NCBI GenBank assembly: GCA_963825865.1
Contig: CAWGVG010000027.1
Span: 96,001 to 160,000, forward strand
From: an uncultured Nitrososphaeraceae archaeon
GTDB lineage: Archaea > Thermoproteota > Nitrososphaeria > Nitrososphaerales > Nitrososphaeraceae
Reading direction: 5' to 3'
Length of the DNA: 64,000 bases
Below the pieces are notes generated by a model. That model made no database searches, had not been told where the DNA came from, and was given only the letters and a program-made list of their open reading frames with translations. Positions 35,411 to 46,926 of this stretch are shown here, piece by piece. A program made the translations under genes and the position numbers. Position 1 is the stretch's first letter; each line of letters opens with the position of its first letter.

Positions 35411-37131
35411 TTTAAATTAATCACTCAGCAAGTATTCAAACGTTGATTTAAATGATTTTATAGGGATATTAATATATCACCGCTCTGTCTTGAATCATTT
35501 TATAATTGTTTTTTCTGTAATATTGTTAGCAAAATCATTTTCTAGATCTGCCACAAATATTTCTATTATATCTCTATTTTCTTGAAAAATTTAGACAAAT
35601 CAGTATCATTATTATTATGCAAACGACAGATTATGAAAGCGCGCTTATGTGGTAGAAATCAGCATATTTTTATTCTTATTCCCAGTATTTGTTTTGTTAT
35701 CTATCACAAACACTTGCAATTTTTGTCTACTTTTAGCTTTTTTTTCACCAACAACCTCTAACCTTTCACTCGTCCCCTGTGTGTGAACTACTTTTACACC
35801 ATGCTAATGGCGATGTAGGCCTTGCAGTATCTGTAAATTTTAAGTCGAGCACAAATTTCACCAGATGTGCAAGTGAAGCTAATAAGCTGTTTGATAAATG
35901 CTGGAATACACTTTTCAACAACGACAAGCGCGTAGGTTGGCCATATGGCAAAAAACACCCTCTATATTTTTTGAAGAAAAACCTCGGAGTAGCTTGCTAC
36001 CAAGGTTTAGACAAATTATTGATAATTGCCATATAGTTACTGGTTAATGGTAACAAAAACTGATTTTTGATAAGTAAGTAAAGAATACGATACAGAGCTT
36101 TTAAATTTGTGTTATGCATTTATTTTTATTCATTTGGTTGTAATGAATGATGTCCCATCAATAGCAGGAATCCGATGTCGAAGTCGAAACGTCTGGCTAT
36201 ATTAATTGTAAACATATCTGAAAACGGTGGTTAAAGATTTTAATGCAGTTGTATTTGAGTTAAATGAATCGGTAGTTGAATTTAATAAAAACGAAGATTG
36301 TAGTTTAATAACAATAAGAAATGGTTCGGCTGATCCACATTTAATAAAAATTAAAAGAGGAATGAAGGGAATGCTATCCTTACTAAATTCGTCGATGACA
36401 AAAAGGTATAAGAACAATTCCCACTACAATTAAGAAAGTTGGTAAAAAGATCAGATTTTCTTCAAAGGTTTCCAAGGAAATCCAGCCAAGTTAGGCACAT
36501 CATATCTTAATACATCTATAATGGGAAAGCTAGTAAAAGTTTGAAGAAATAAATCTAAAATCCAGATTTATTTGATTGCGCTAACGAGGTGAAGAAGATA
36601 ATACCACACCAGATTTAGACGATATCCTACTGGTGTATCAGAAATCGAATCAAATAAAAGAAATTCGGAATATGGGCATGAACATTCGTGGTTTAATACT
36701 CTATATATTTTGATATAAAAAAATGAAGGTAGAGTTAGAAACTTAGAAATATCAAATGCATGCAAAACCTATCAGAAAATTACAAAGACGAATTTCCATT
36801 TCTCATTTATTATGGGGAGATTAAGGAATTGTATTGCAAATTAGCATATTAGAATAGAATACTATTAGAATATCTTTTATTTTTATTATATATATATATA
36901 TATATATTCATAGGAAAAAGAATTATCTCTTTTACTATATTGACTTCTATACTGATTTTTGTTCCTATTTCTGACAGTTAACAGCTATTGTTACTCTCTA
37001 CAAGTTAACGTAATAGAAAGATGAATGTTAATTATTTTTATTATGTTAATTCTGATATAGTCATGATTTTACTCGTTGATTACGGTATTGTACCGACAAC
37101 TTAATAAAAAACTTGCTATCGAATATTATCA

Positions 37132-37788
37132 TTGAGCATTCCAGAAGCGAAATTTAAAATCAATGTTAAAGAAGGCATCGTTGAGTTAGAAGGTAACAAG
37201 AACTTTGTAGACAAGCACCTGGATAAATTCGAAGAAATTTTCAAGAGTGCAATAAGAGATACTATCGCACAAGGAATTGAGCACAATCTTGCTACCAAAA
37301 ATGCTTCACCCTTGTTAGGATCAAATATTGAAAAAGGAATTGACACATCTACGCACCAAGTAATCAAAACACATAATAATAATACTAAACACATAACAAA
37401 ACAATCCCTTACTCTGCCTCCTATTCCTGTAGATTTAAAAGCAAATGGGAATAAAATTGGCCTAAGGGAATTCTATGCCGAAAAGAAACCAGTTAATCAT
37501 TATGAAAAGACTCTTGTATTTGTATATTATATAACAAAGTTTAACAGGAAAGCAGAGGTTAAATTCGGTGAAATTTTATCTTGTTATGAAGAGGTAGACG
37601 AGAAAAAACCTAGCATCACTGACATTATCAAAAACTCTATCAGATATAAGGGGTGGTTGGAACAGGGTTCTGATAAATTCACTACTCGTCTGACAATCTC
37701 TGGAGAAAACCTTGTAAAGTTTGATTTGCCACAACAAAAAAAGACAACAATTGAACAATCAACTACTGTACTCCTCCCAAATAGCTAA
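37132..37788 (+). CDS. Hypothetical protein with a possible C-terminal winged helix
   Basis: 218-aa ORF ending KGWL...RLTISGENLV. Confidence 0.75.
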   Translation: MSIPEAKFKINVKEGIVELEGNKNFVDKHLDKFEEIFKSAIRDTIAQGIEHNLATKNASPLLGSNIEKGIDTSTHQVIKTHNNNTKHITKQSLTLPPIPVDLKANGNKIGLREFYAEKKPVNHYEKTLVFVYYITKFNRKAEVKFGEILSCYEEVDEKKPSITDIIKNSIRYKGWLEQGSDKFTTRLTISGENLVKFDLPQQKKTTIEQSTTVLLPNS

Positions 37789-37807
37789 ACCATACCCAAG
37801 TTCTCTA

Positions 37808-38359
37808 CTATGCTCGCCACCAGTCAAAGCTTACGAAATCGACCTTTCTTTCTTTGATCTTTGGAATTGCTAATATAAACTGCTTCTTGACTGTTGTAGC
37901 CAATCTGCCTGCAAGCACAATGCCAGTAGCTGTCATGTGATCTGTCGGTTTAAAGACTTGAACCAAGTATGGAGCGTGGTCAATTCCTGGCCCATGCTCA
38001 TATACTGCAAAATCGCAGCCAAATTTGATCCCCGGAGATACTACGTATCCCTTGTCTCTTAAGCTTTGAAAAACTAGATATTTTGTATCAAAGTCAACAT
38101 ATTCCTTTCTGCAAATAGCTTTAATATCTCTAAATGATATCTGCTTGCCGTCAACACAAGATACTTTTAATTTACCAGTCTGAACAAGATAACACCCCTC
38201 AATCAAATCTAAAATCAAAGGAGTATCAAATTGGGTTCCTTTTGGTTTTGGAACGCCTAATGGTTTGCCATAATAGCCATTCCCAAATAGCGTACGAGAT
38301 TCCTCTATATTCCAGACAACTATTCTGTTTTCTACCAATTTCCCAATAACAGGATTCAT
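37808..38359 (-). CDS. endA: tRNA-splicing endonuclease, catalytic subunit
   Basis: LRDKGYVVSPGIKFGCDFAVYEHGPGIDHAPY and RLATTVKK. Confidence 0.95.
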   Translation of the reverse strand: MNPVIGKLVENRIVVWNIEESRTLFGNGYYGKPLGVPKPKGTQFDTPLILDLIEGCYLVQTGKLKVSCVDGKQISFRDIKAICRKEYVDFDTKYLVFQSLRDKGYVVSPGIKFGCDFAVYEHGPGIDHAPYLVQVFKPTDHMTATGIVLAGRLATTVKKQFILAIPKIKERKVDFVSFDWWRA

Positions 38360-39012
38360 TACATACTCAGTGCTAGAATAGTAAACGAATCAGATGCTTC
38401 TTGGCATTTGTCAGCCATACCTTCAATTCCCTCTATTGCATCCTTCAAAAGTAAGAGATCCTTTGTAGAAGAAATCTCATTAAGTGCTTTTATAATGACA
38501 GCTCTATATTTAGCATCAATTCGACGCTCTAATTTCTGAACTTCCTGGGCAAGTTCAATTGTAATGGCTGGATTTATACTCAATGCACGTGCCATCTCAT
38601 TTAATTTGAAAATTGCATCCACGACCATTCCAATTAGCTGTTTAATATCTTCATCAAATTTTCCCTTCTTTAAAGAAGAGATTTTCATGTTTCCAAGTCT
38701 AAATGCGATTCCACTGATGTAGCCCGCGATATCATCCATAATGTAAGCAGTTCTTAGAATGTCCTCTCTGTAAACCATAAGACTTCCTATCTCAGCAACT
38801 TCTCGTGTAATCTTTCTACGAAGATTCTCTACCTCTTCCTCAGCATTTCTCATGCGCTCGAGGCACGCATGAATATCTTCATTGTCTCCCTTGATGAGAG
38901 AAGCAGTAAGTGTTGACAACTCCCTAGCTGAATTTAAAATTCTATTGATTTCATCATGTAAAACTGCTAAAGCTTTTCGTTTAGCCTGAACTTCCAATTC
39001 GCCGCTATACAT
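38359..39012 (-). CDS. DUF47/PhoU-like phosphate transport regulator
   Basis: REDI...MDDIA, KLERRID and IEGMADKCQEASD helical repeats. Confidence 0.85.
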   Translation of the reverse strand: MYSGELEVQAKRKALAVLHDEINRILNSARELSTLTASLIKGDNEDIHACLERMRNAEEEVENLRRKITREVAEIGSLMVYREDILRTAYIMDDIAGYISGIAFRLGNMKISSLKKGKFDEDIKQLIGMVVDAIFKLNEMARALSINPAITIELAQEVQKLERRIDAKYRAVIIKALNEISSTKDLLLLKDAIEGIEGMADKCQEASDSFTILALSM

Positions 39013-39648
39013 TTTGTATAGAAAATACGTAATCAGGCTAATAATTCTTTTGACAGATACAATGCGTTATCTACTTACTACAGAAGGAATATTGCTATTA
39101 GTTTTCCAAATATATTTGAAGGAGAGAATTATGATCCAGATCTGATTGCGAAACTGGCAATAGATGAGAAGATATCGGGAATATTCGATGTCTTGATGAT
39201 AGCGTTAAGGAATATGCTATTAAATGCCAGTGCCATTTTCATTAACGATAAAAACAATACAGACGTGTAGAGAAAGATATGATATGGCCGCAATCCTATT
39301 GGTTCATTTATAAAAAAATAGAGTTGCACTTTGACGGTTATTTTTCTCGTAAATTTATGCTCAAATCACTAGTGATATGATTTAGCATCCGACATCACTC
39401 AGGGTTGTTTCTAACGGGTTGCAATGGTTCATTAGTGACATAATCTCCTCAGGTAAACAAATTTTTTAACTTCATCTAACTATTGGGTTGAAAAAGGAAC
39501 TCGACTCTTATAGAGTGTCTGATTTTTATTACAATAGATGTTAATTTGCTAATTACGGAAGTCATGTCGATCTTATTTTGAAATCAACTGTTGTGACCGA
39601 AGAATTAATTTTATTTCTAAGGAAAAAGCAAAATGTAGTTAAGGAACT

Positions 39649-40677
39649 TCAATAACTTGTTCTAATCACTACCAGTTTATCCATACCAGACTCTGCTCCC
39701 CATATCTCTCCTAGCCGTCCCAGAATTTGACGCACGTTGGCCCCTGGGCTGGGTAGGCCAAATACCTCAAATTTTTCCTTACTAGGATCAAATCGCACTA
39801 TTGCATTCGTACCAAAATCGCTCAGCCACACCATATCCTTCTCATCTACATACACAGCATATGGCATTGTATTGTTACCTGGTAGCCTCCACTCTCGCCA
39901 ATCCTTAGTAGCAGGATCATAAACGGCCAACTTTCCTGCATTCCACTCACTAATCCAAAGTCGTCCATGTGAATCAGGCCAGATGCGCCTAGCGCCTTGG
40001 TCTGGCGTCGGCGGCTGTATCACAGTGGCACTTCGGGTTTTTAAATCAATGTGAGCTATGTAGTTTCCGGCCAACGAAGCATAATAAACGCTGCCATCCG
40101 GTGTTGTTGTAATGCCATACGGTCCAGGCCCGCCAGGTGCCTTGAACACTTCTACCTTTCCCGCGACCGGGTCAAGTCGGCCGTAAATACCGCTTTGTCC
40201 TGTAAACCAGATGACGCCGCTATGATCAAACGTAGCTGTGTTTAGGTTAGCGTAACTGCTATTCTGAGGCAGTGGAAACACCCGCACTTTTTCTGTCACA
40301 GGATCAACGCGCACGATGGCATTTAAGCCACAGTCTGTAATCCATGGAGCGCCATCTGGCCCGACAATAACGCCATGTGGAGCTGAGCCTTGACCGAGTG
40401 CTATGCTATGCGTCTTGCCGGTACCTGGATCTAATCTTCCCAATTCACCCGACCCTTGAGCCGTATACCACACAATTCCGCCCGGCGCAGGTGCAACGTC
40501 GTGTGGACGTGAGCCTGATGGAACAAGGAATTCTTGCGGCATCGGCTTGGATAATCTTTGTTTGACTTGTGCATGTGAAGTTTGTTGTTCTGTTGCTATT
40601 GTAATAATGATTATAGAAGCAACCAATAGTGAGGATATTACTGATGAAAAACCAATCACAGCATGTCTTTTAGTCAT
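39649..40677 (-). CDS. Secreted Vgb (virginiamycin B lyase-like) beta-propeller protein
   Basis: PHDVAPAPGGIVWYT, PHGVIVGPDGAPWITD, PYGITTTPDG and LWISEWNAG repeats. Confidence 0.9.
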   Translation of the reverse strand: MTKRHAVIGFSSVISSLLVASIIIITIATEQQTSHAQVKQRLSKPMPQEFLVPSGSRPHDVAPAPGGIVWYTAQGSGELGRLDPGTGKTHSIALGQGSAPHGVIVGPDGAPWITDCGLNAIVRVDPVTEKVRVFPLPQNSSYANLNTATFDHSGVIWFTGQSGIYGRLDPVAGKVEVFKAPGGPGPYGITTTPDGSVYYASLAGNYIAHIDLKTRSATVIQPPTPDQGARRIWPDSHGRLWISEWNAGKLAVYDPATKDWREWRLPGNNTMPYAVYVDEKDMVWLSDFGTNAIVRFDPSKEKFEVFGLPSPGANVRQILGRLGEIWGAESGMDKLVVIRTSY

Positions 40678-40754
40678 TTAACTTCCTTCTGATTCAGTAT
40701 AATACATAGGGTTATTATAAACAATAAAACATTACTATTAAAATATAATCGATT

Positions 40755-41239
40755 ATGATCGGTTATTTTTTTACACAACCTGCAAACATAGGAAAAACAC
40801 TATCTGTCACTACGAGCGTTAACGCTACTTTAGCCGTTGCTCCCCTAATGATAGGAAATCAATTTTATCAAAAAAGAGGTACGGTTACAACTCAACAAGT
40901 AGTAGATGTCAATGGACCTGTGCTTGAAAACTTACGTAGCAAATGGAATGCTGAGGAGTAGTATCCCTGTAACGAATATCTGGACCATCCATGTTACTGT
41001 CAGGCCTAGCGGCATATTTTTGGTGAAAGGACAAGGAGTAATACTAGATATGAATGGTAACTTGGACTTCACATGGACTAGGACATTTATCACAGGGTAA
41101 ATTAGTAGTAATTGGCTCTAATTTCGATACATCTTCAGCTGGAAGTCTGGCTTTCCTTAATAACATGGTTGGTGTATTCAGGCAAGTAGCAAGTCACTCA
41201 ACCAATAACGTAGCATCCAAAGTCTGGGAATTAAGATAA
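40755..41239 (+). pseudogene. Frameshifted hypothetical secreted beta-strand protein
   Basis: Three overlapping ORFs in successive frames ending SLAFLNNMVGVF...KVWELR. Confidence 0.55.
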
Positions 41240-41448
41240 GGAATAAAAAGTAGATAATCATAATAATAATACATTCTACATTTTTTAAAATCATCATATG
41301 ACTTGATGATAACATCTCTGGCAAGAAATTATTTGTATTCTTAATGTTTAATACATGCATTTTAAACAGGAGATTCACCAACCATTTTTGAACGATTCTT
41401 TCTTTAGAACAACTTTAGATTCAACAGAACAATTTTGCGGTATTTGTA

Positions 41449-42537
41449 TTATTGCCTATGATCGAAAATCGTATCCCTTATTTCTATTAAATCTCTAAGA
41501 ACTGCGCTAGCGGTCTCCATACCACCTGCCCCACGTCCAATTATCGTCTGCTGTCCTGAATGTTCAGATGAAAAAGTTATTGCATTTAATGTTCCATTCA
41601 CACACGTGGGATCGATTTTCGATATCTCTCTAGGTTCTACATTAAGATGCTTGTTATCACACATTGCAATCAATTTGATAGCATTGCCCCTCTTATGAGC
41701 TCTTTGTATATCAGAAAGCTTAACTTCTCTAATACCAACTCTATTGACATCTTTCATAGTGACTTTCATATTCATTATCCAATTAGCCATGATTACGAGT
41801 TTGGCTGCAGCATCGTATCCATCAATATCAAGAGATGACTGTGCTTCAGCATACCCTTTATGCCTTGCATCATCTAGAGCGTTTTCAAAAGTCAAACCTT
41901 CTTCCATTCTGCTTAAAATGTAGTTTGTAGTTCCATTTAAAATTCCTTTAAACGACATTATTCTATCGCCTTTCAGACATCGCTTTGCAAATTCTAAAAT
42001 CGGAGTGCCTCCACCTACAGTCCCACTGAAGCGAAGCATGACACCATTATAATTAGCTAATTCTATCAACGAAGGAAAAGCCAAGGCGAGAGGACCTTTG
42101 TTTACAGTAATGATATGTTTGCCTGATCTCATTGCTGATGTGATATGGGAAATACCAGGCTCTCCATCATTCAGATCTGTAGGTGTTAATTCAAGGAGCA
42201 TTTCTGCATCTACATTTTCGATTACATGAAAAGAATCGAATTTAGAATTTTTCTTTTCATATTCTCCAATCGTACCTTTGGATTTCTTTACATCAAGCAA
42301 TCTTTGAAGATCAAGACCTGTTGGGGAAATACTAGAGCCTTTCCTATCAACGCAAGCAACAATACGAGGTTTAATACCGTATAGACTATACAACTCTGCA
42401 GAACGAGATAACAGTAATTTTGCAAAGTTCTGACCAACAGCTCCAAAGCCAACTACAATTAATCGCAAGTCAAGTACTGAGCATTGGATTGGGATTAATA
42501 AGTTTAAAACAAGTAAATTCCTAAAGCTAGTTACCAT
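41449..42537 (-). CDS. hom: Homoserine dehydrogenase; true start probably near 42470
   Basis: GFGAVG, ITVNKGPL, GTVGGGTP, GILNGTTNY, DAAAK and GRGAGGMETASA motifs. Confidence 0.95.
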   Translation of the reverse strand: MVTSFRNLLVLNLLIPIQCSVLDLRLIVVGFGAVGQNFAKLLLSRSAELYSLYGIKPRIVACVDRKGSSISPTGLDLQRLLDVKKSKGTIGEYEKKNSKFDSFHVIENVDAEMLLELTPTDLNDGEPGISHITSAMRSGKHIITVNKGPLALAFPSLIELANYNGVMLRFSGTVGGGTPILEFAKRCLKGDRIMSFKGILNGTTNYILSRMEEGLTFENALDDARHKGYAEAQSSLDIDGYDAAAKLVIMANWIMNMKVTMKDVNRVGIREVKLSDIQRAHKRGNAIKLIAMCDNKHLNVEPREISKIDPTCVNGTLNAITFSSEHSGQQTIIGRGAGGMETASAVLRDLIEIRDTIFDHRQ

Positions 42538-42819
42538 TTATTATTAATTACTGCTGCAATTCCAATTTGCCTTATCTCAAAATTAAAACTAGCCATATCA
42601 AAAGTAAATTTATTTGTTTAATCTCCTGTTTGTACCACATTGTTGGAAACTGAATAGTTGGAATAAGAATGAAAGTTAAAGTATGATGATTTAAGTTGAG
42701 ATTATGATTCAAATAATAATTTTCTGTTTTTCTTTATTGGTCATAATCATAATTCTGACCTAATACAATTGGTTGTTGGTTCTTATAAAATTCTTTGAAA
42801 TTATTGCATTAGAATGTTC

Positions 42820-43137
42820 TTATTTTCGAATGGGTTCACTTACGATTGAATCTTCTTCTTCTGAAGAAGTCAAATCTGGAAAATCTCCAATTTTAGGCAA
42901 AAGACGAAGAAGATGTGCATATTTGTCTAAGAATAGTAACCCTGCTTCTGTTGTTTTGTACAGACCAGTGACATTAGAATATTCCACTAAACCTCTTTCT
43001 ACTGCAATGGCAAGATATCTAATCAATTGTGAATGTGAGACTGCCGCATTATTCATAATTGTAGTTTTGTATTCCCAATTTGTTGTTGCTGCATCTAGTA
43101 TAGATGCCATAACTTCTATCTCTGATCGATTCTTCAT
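42820..43137 (-). CDS. Small winged-HTH transcription regulator
   Basis: MKNRSEIEV..IL...KTTIM...YL...YKTTEAG. Confidence 0.88.
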   Translation of the reverse strand: MKNRSEIEVMASILDAATTNWEYKTTIMNNAAVSHSQLIRYLAIAVERGLVEYSNVTGLYKTTEAGLLFLDKYAHLLRLLPKIGDFPDLTSSEEEDSIVSEPIRK

Positions 43138-43234
43138 ATTTTTTTAATACCTCCTCTCTTCCTCCCACTACCTCTAATTTTTTTCCTTGTTTTGCCTTTC
43201 TTTTTTATCGATAAAAGGTTGCTAGACAAACTAT

Positions 43235-43268
43235 GACGACAATATTGTTGTCAATGTTTTGACAACAA
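43235..43268. promoter_or_regulatory. Overlapping inverted repeats, putative operator
   Basis: TTGTTGTCAA-N4-TTGACAACAA (perfect) overlapping GACGACAATATTGTTGTC. Confidence 0.6.
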
Positions 43269-43446
43269 CATATATCATTATTCATAATATGAATGCAATT
43301 ATATATTTTAAAATATATGTATGAACATATCTTTTTATAGATAATACAGATTCTATATGAATGATAAAAATACTATAAGAACAGAAAAATTATTTACTAG
43401 AATACTTAATGACGATGTTTTTATCTAATCTGACTAATGCAATAAT

Positions 43447-43830
43447 GTGAAAAATAGAAGTAGAATGGAGATAACTGCACTCATTCTACAAATTGCTATT
43501 GATGGTGTATCTGCGAGAAAATTGATATATAAAGTATACTACCTGTCATATCAACAGTTGAGAGAATACCTAGCGGTCCTACAAGAGAATGGTTTGTTAA
43601 TGGGATATGAGCAAGAAGATCTAACTTTTATAACAACGGAAAAAGGACAAAAATTCTTACAAATCTATACAGAATTAAATGATGTGGTTGCCATGACTAA
43701 CGCTGGAAATATTAATACTGCTTTTCATGATGTATTATTAACAAATGCTCATATCGTTGAATATGCTGTTTGTTGTGTTCGCTATTTAATAACTACATTT
43801 AAATCTGTACTTCACATTATATTAAATTGA
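43447..43830 (+). CDS. Small winged-HTH transcription regulator, divergent paralogue
   Basis: KNRSRMEI..IL...LSYQQLREYL...TTEKGQKFL. Confidence 0.85.
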   Translation: MKNRSRMEITALILQIAIDGVSARKLIYKVYYLSYQQLREYLAVLQENGLLMGYEQEDLTFITTEKGQKFLQIYTELNDVVAMTNAGNINTAFHDVLLTNAHIVEYAVCCVRYLITTFKSVLHIILN

Positions 43831-43911
43831 ATATACGTATTAATATTGTCCAAATAGGCTAATACAGCCATACAGACGAATTGAATTATATAAAAAATAA
43901 TAACAAAGTGG

Positions 43912-44742
43912 TTGATTGAGCACTTACTATTTATCATATCAAAACTAACAGCATTAAAGGAACAGTGCTATCTATTGATCGAGATCATTATAATTTTAAT
44001 CATTGTAGGCCTAGGAGCAGGCACGCTAGGATCTATGATAGGTGTAGGTGGTGGGATCATAATGACACCTGTGCTAGCTTTTATAGGGCTTATGCCATCC
44101 CATATAGCTAGCACAAGTTTAATTGCAGTAACTTCTGCTAGTGTTTCTTCAACAATAGCATATTCAAAACAAAAACGAATTGACTATGGGGTCGGGCTGA
44201 AAATGGCAGCTTTATCTATTCCCGGCGCTATCATTGGGGCATTCCTTTCAAGCGGAATATCAATAGGATCTTTCAAGGTATACTTTGCCATACTTTTGAT
44301 GCTTACAGGAACATATATTGCATATAGAAATTCTATATTAAAAGAAAAGCCTGATACAAAGTCAAAATCAATGTCATTTCATCTCTTGTTCTATGCTGGG
44401 TCCTTTGCTGCGGGAATCATCTCAAGTCTTTTTGGTGTTGGCGGTGGGATAGTTTTTGTTCCAATGATGATTATTATACTCGGAATTACAATGCTGAGGG
44501 CAGGACCGACTTCACAGCTTACACTGCTGATCACATCCCTTGCTGGAGTGTTTACTCATGCTGTACTTGGGCATTCAGATTACATTTATGCCGTATCACT
44601 ATCATCGGGTGCTTTTGTAGGCGGCCAGATCGGAGCAAGACTATCGCGTTGTATAAAAGAAAGCATATTGCAAAAAATACTTTCGATATCATTGATAGCC
44701 GTTGCTGTAAAACTAATTTTTGATTTTATTTACAAGCAATAA
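43912..44742 (+). CDS. TauE/SafE (TSUP) family transporter
   Basis: Two G.GGG..P repeats and about eight TM segments. Confidence 0.92.
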   Translation: MIEHLLFIISKLTALKEQCYLLIEIIIILIIVGLGAGTLGSMIGVGGGIIMTPVLAFIGLMPSHIASTSLIAVTSASVSSTIAYSKQKRIDYGVGLKMAALSIPGAIIGAFLSSGISIGSFKVYFAILLMLTGTYIAYRNSILKEKPDTKSKSMSFHLLFYAGSFAAGIISSLFGVGGGIVFVPMMIIILGITMLRAGPTSQLTLLITSLAGVFTHAVLGHSDYIYAVSLSSGAFVGGQIGARLSRCIKESILQKILSISLIAVAVKLIFDFIYKQ

Positions 44743-44858
44743 TAATTGAATTAAATAAATCTTTATTCAATACTCTTAGAATGTGAATATGTGCATATAT
44801 CTTTCCCAATATGAACAATTGTCCTTAACAAGGGACATGTTCTAGTAATCTAATATTT

Positions 44859-45062
44859 TTAATTATAACCAGTTGTTAATGCACTTTTCCATTCTGAAAT
44901 AACAGAATTATCATGTTTGTATGAATCATTTGCTCTTATGGTTTTAAGAGTTTTCTCTATATTAAATCTCTGAGACAGATGAACAGAAAGCGATGCATGT
45001 TCTTTTGCTATGATGATATTTACCATTATATTGCATATGTTGCAACGAATTTTTTCCTCCAT
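44859..45062 (-). CDS. Small putative zinc-binding protein
   Basis: CNIC...H...H pattern. Confidence 0.55.
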   Translation of the reverse strand: MEEKIRCNICNIMVNIIIAKEHASLSVHLSQRFNIEKTLKTIRANDSYKHDNSVISEWKSALTTGYN

Positions 45063-45118
45063 TGCTACTCGGTGTATCTTCAGTTGTATATATAAATGTC
45101 ATAATTTATTAGTTAGTT

Positions 45119-46299
45119 GACGATTGGACATAAATCCAGACTCTATTTTTTGCAAATATATATTGATGAATTAGGCTAAAGCTATCCTTTGGATGTCTGA
45201 ATTTGTGATGACATATAATAAAACATCCTCAAAGGACAGCACATGATAGTTCAGAATCCATCCTTATTGGTATTCTGTATTTGATAGGCTTGATACCATG
45301 GCCAGAATCACAAAAGATGAAAAAAAGAGGTAGACCATACGTCTATTCTTCTACTGTCATACTACGATGTTTCATAGTCAGATTGTGGTTTAGAATGGAT
45401 TCTAACAACGCATTACATGAATTCCTAGGAATGGATTACCCTTACAATAAGAAGATAATGAAAAGATGTGGTCTTACCCAAATACCAGATAGACGAACAT
45501 TTGACAGACGTCTTAAGACCATATCCATAGACATCAAGGAAAGGATTGCTACTATGACTAGTCTATTAGTAAATGGGAAGATAATAGACCCTTATATTGT
45601 TGCAATAGATAGTACATTGCTCAAAGCCAGAGGACATGTTTGGCACAAATCATCTATGGATAAAGGAATAGTACCACGTTCAGGTATAGATACAGATGCC
45701 AGGTGGGGATTCAGTCATACCAGAGGTTGGATATTTGGTTACAAACTACATTTGATATCAAGTACTGGTTCTACCATAGTACCTTTAGAGCAGATTTTAC
45801 AACTGCTAATGTACAGGATAATCAAATGTACAATCCTATGATATCATCATCATCATCATCTCTGTTCCTAGAAACATGTTTCATGATAGGTGATTCTGGG
45901 TATGACGACAATAAACTATATGATTTGAGTACTAAAAAGAGGATTTGAACTGGTATGTCCAGTACAAAGGTACAAAAATACCCCAAAGAATAGACTAGAG
46001 CTGATACAATTCTATGAATCTGAGTTAGGACAGGCTATTTACTCTTGGAGAAGTAAATCGATAGAACCACTAATAGAACATATTAAATCTATTTTTAGAA
46101 TAGACCCATTACCGGTAAGAGGCTATCAGAAGGCCGCTGGAATGGTACTTCTGTCAGGACTACTGTATCAAATCCTTGTCTACTACAATTATAAAACCAG
46201 ACCTAGTCAACGACCAAAATCAATCAAACACATGTTATGTAGTTAATGCAGCACTAAATGATAGATGAAAAATATAGAAATGAATTATGCCCATGTCTC
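45119..46299 (+). mobile_element. Insertion sequence with a DDE transposase (IS5/IS982-like)
   Basis: 8-bp target duplication AGTTAGTT at 45111-45118 and 46300-46307; degenerate TIRs GACGATTGGACATAAATC and rc GAGACATGGGCATAATTC (12/18). Confidence 0.85.
45281..46246 (+). CDS. DDE transposase; frameshifts near 45790 and 45940
   Basis: RGRP, PDRRTFDRR, AIDST, DARWG, GYKLH, GDSGYD and SIEPLIEHIK motifs. Confidence 0.88.
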
Positions 46300-46423
46300 A
46301 GTTAGTTATAGTTATCTTTTTATTATTATAATATTATATATATGCCGCTAACATTTTAATTTGTTTTAAAATCACATTTAGATGTAGTTAGTAACGTGTA
46401 ATGAAACTATTTTCAACTTTTAT

Positions 46424-46523
46424 ATGCAAAAAGCATTTAAACAGAAAAAGACTTACTAAAATTGTATCATGCAAAAAGCATTTAAACAGAAAAAGACTTA
46501 CTAAAATTGTATCATGCAAAAAG
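46424..46523 (+). repeat. 45-bp tandem duplication (about 2.2 copies)
   Basis: ATGCAAAAAGCATTTAAACAGAAAAAGACTTACTAAAATTGTATC at 46424 and 46469, with a partial third copy at 46514. Confidence 0.9.
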
Positions 46524-46850
46524 AAATAGTTTCACAGATGATATTGAGTCAATTAATGAGTCTTAGTATTGGCACCGATGATGATGCATATTCGGTAAAT
46601 TTGAACCAAATAAAGATGTGGATTATTCCCCAAAAGGCAGAACACGATGATAAATATGACATTAACCGTGGCTATTTTGAACTTTTAGGTACAGCAGACG
46701 TTGCATGATTTAATAATAAATGGCTATGTTAAATTGTCTTATCGTGAAGAGGCGGAAGAAGATGGAGATGGGCAGCTATTTACTCTCACTGAAAAAGGAA
46801 TGAAGTATCTTGAAGAAAAAAACACTGCCGATCAGATGGAAATATGTTAA
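46514..46850 (+). pseudogene. Probable winged-helix protein, interrupted
   Basis: After the stop at 46708 another frame reads GYVKLSY...FTLTEKGMKYL. Confidence 0.5.
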
Positions 46851-46926
46851 TATTGTTTGCAATATTATCAAAAACATTCAAAAACCCCTGGATATAAATC
46901 TCACAGTCATCAGTTAGTAAGGTGAT

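Noticed and set aside
35766-36800. Several 60-85 aa ORFs
   Set aside because: No motifs and conflicting strands; possibly decayed DNA, but unsupported.
39649-40677. Vgb as a streptogramin resistance gene
   Set aside because: The fold family is broad and the protein appears exported; substrate cannot be inferred from sequence.
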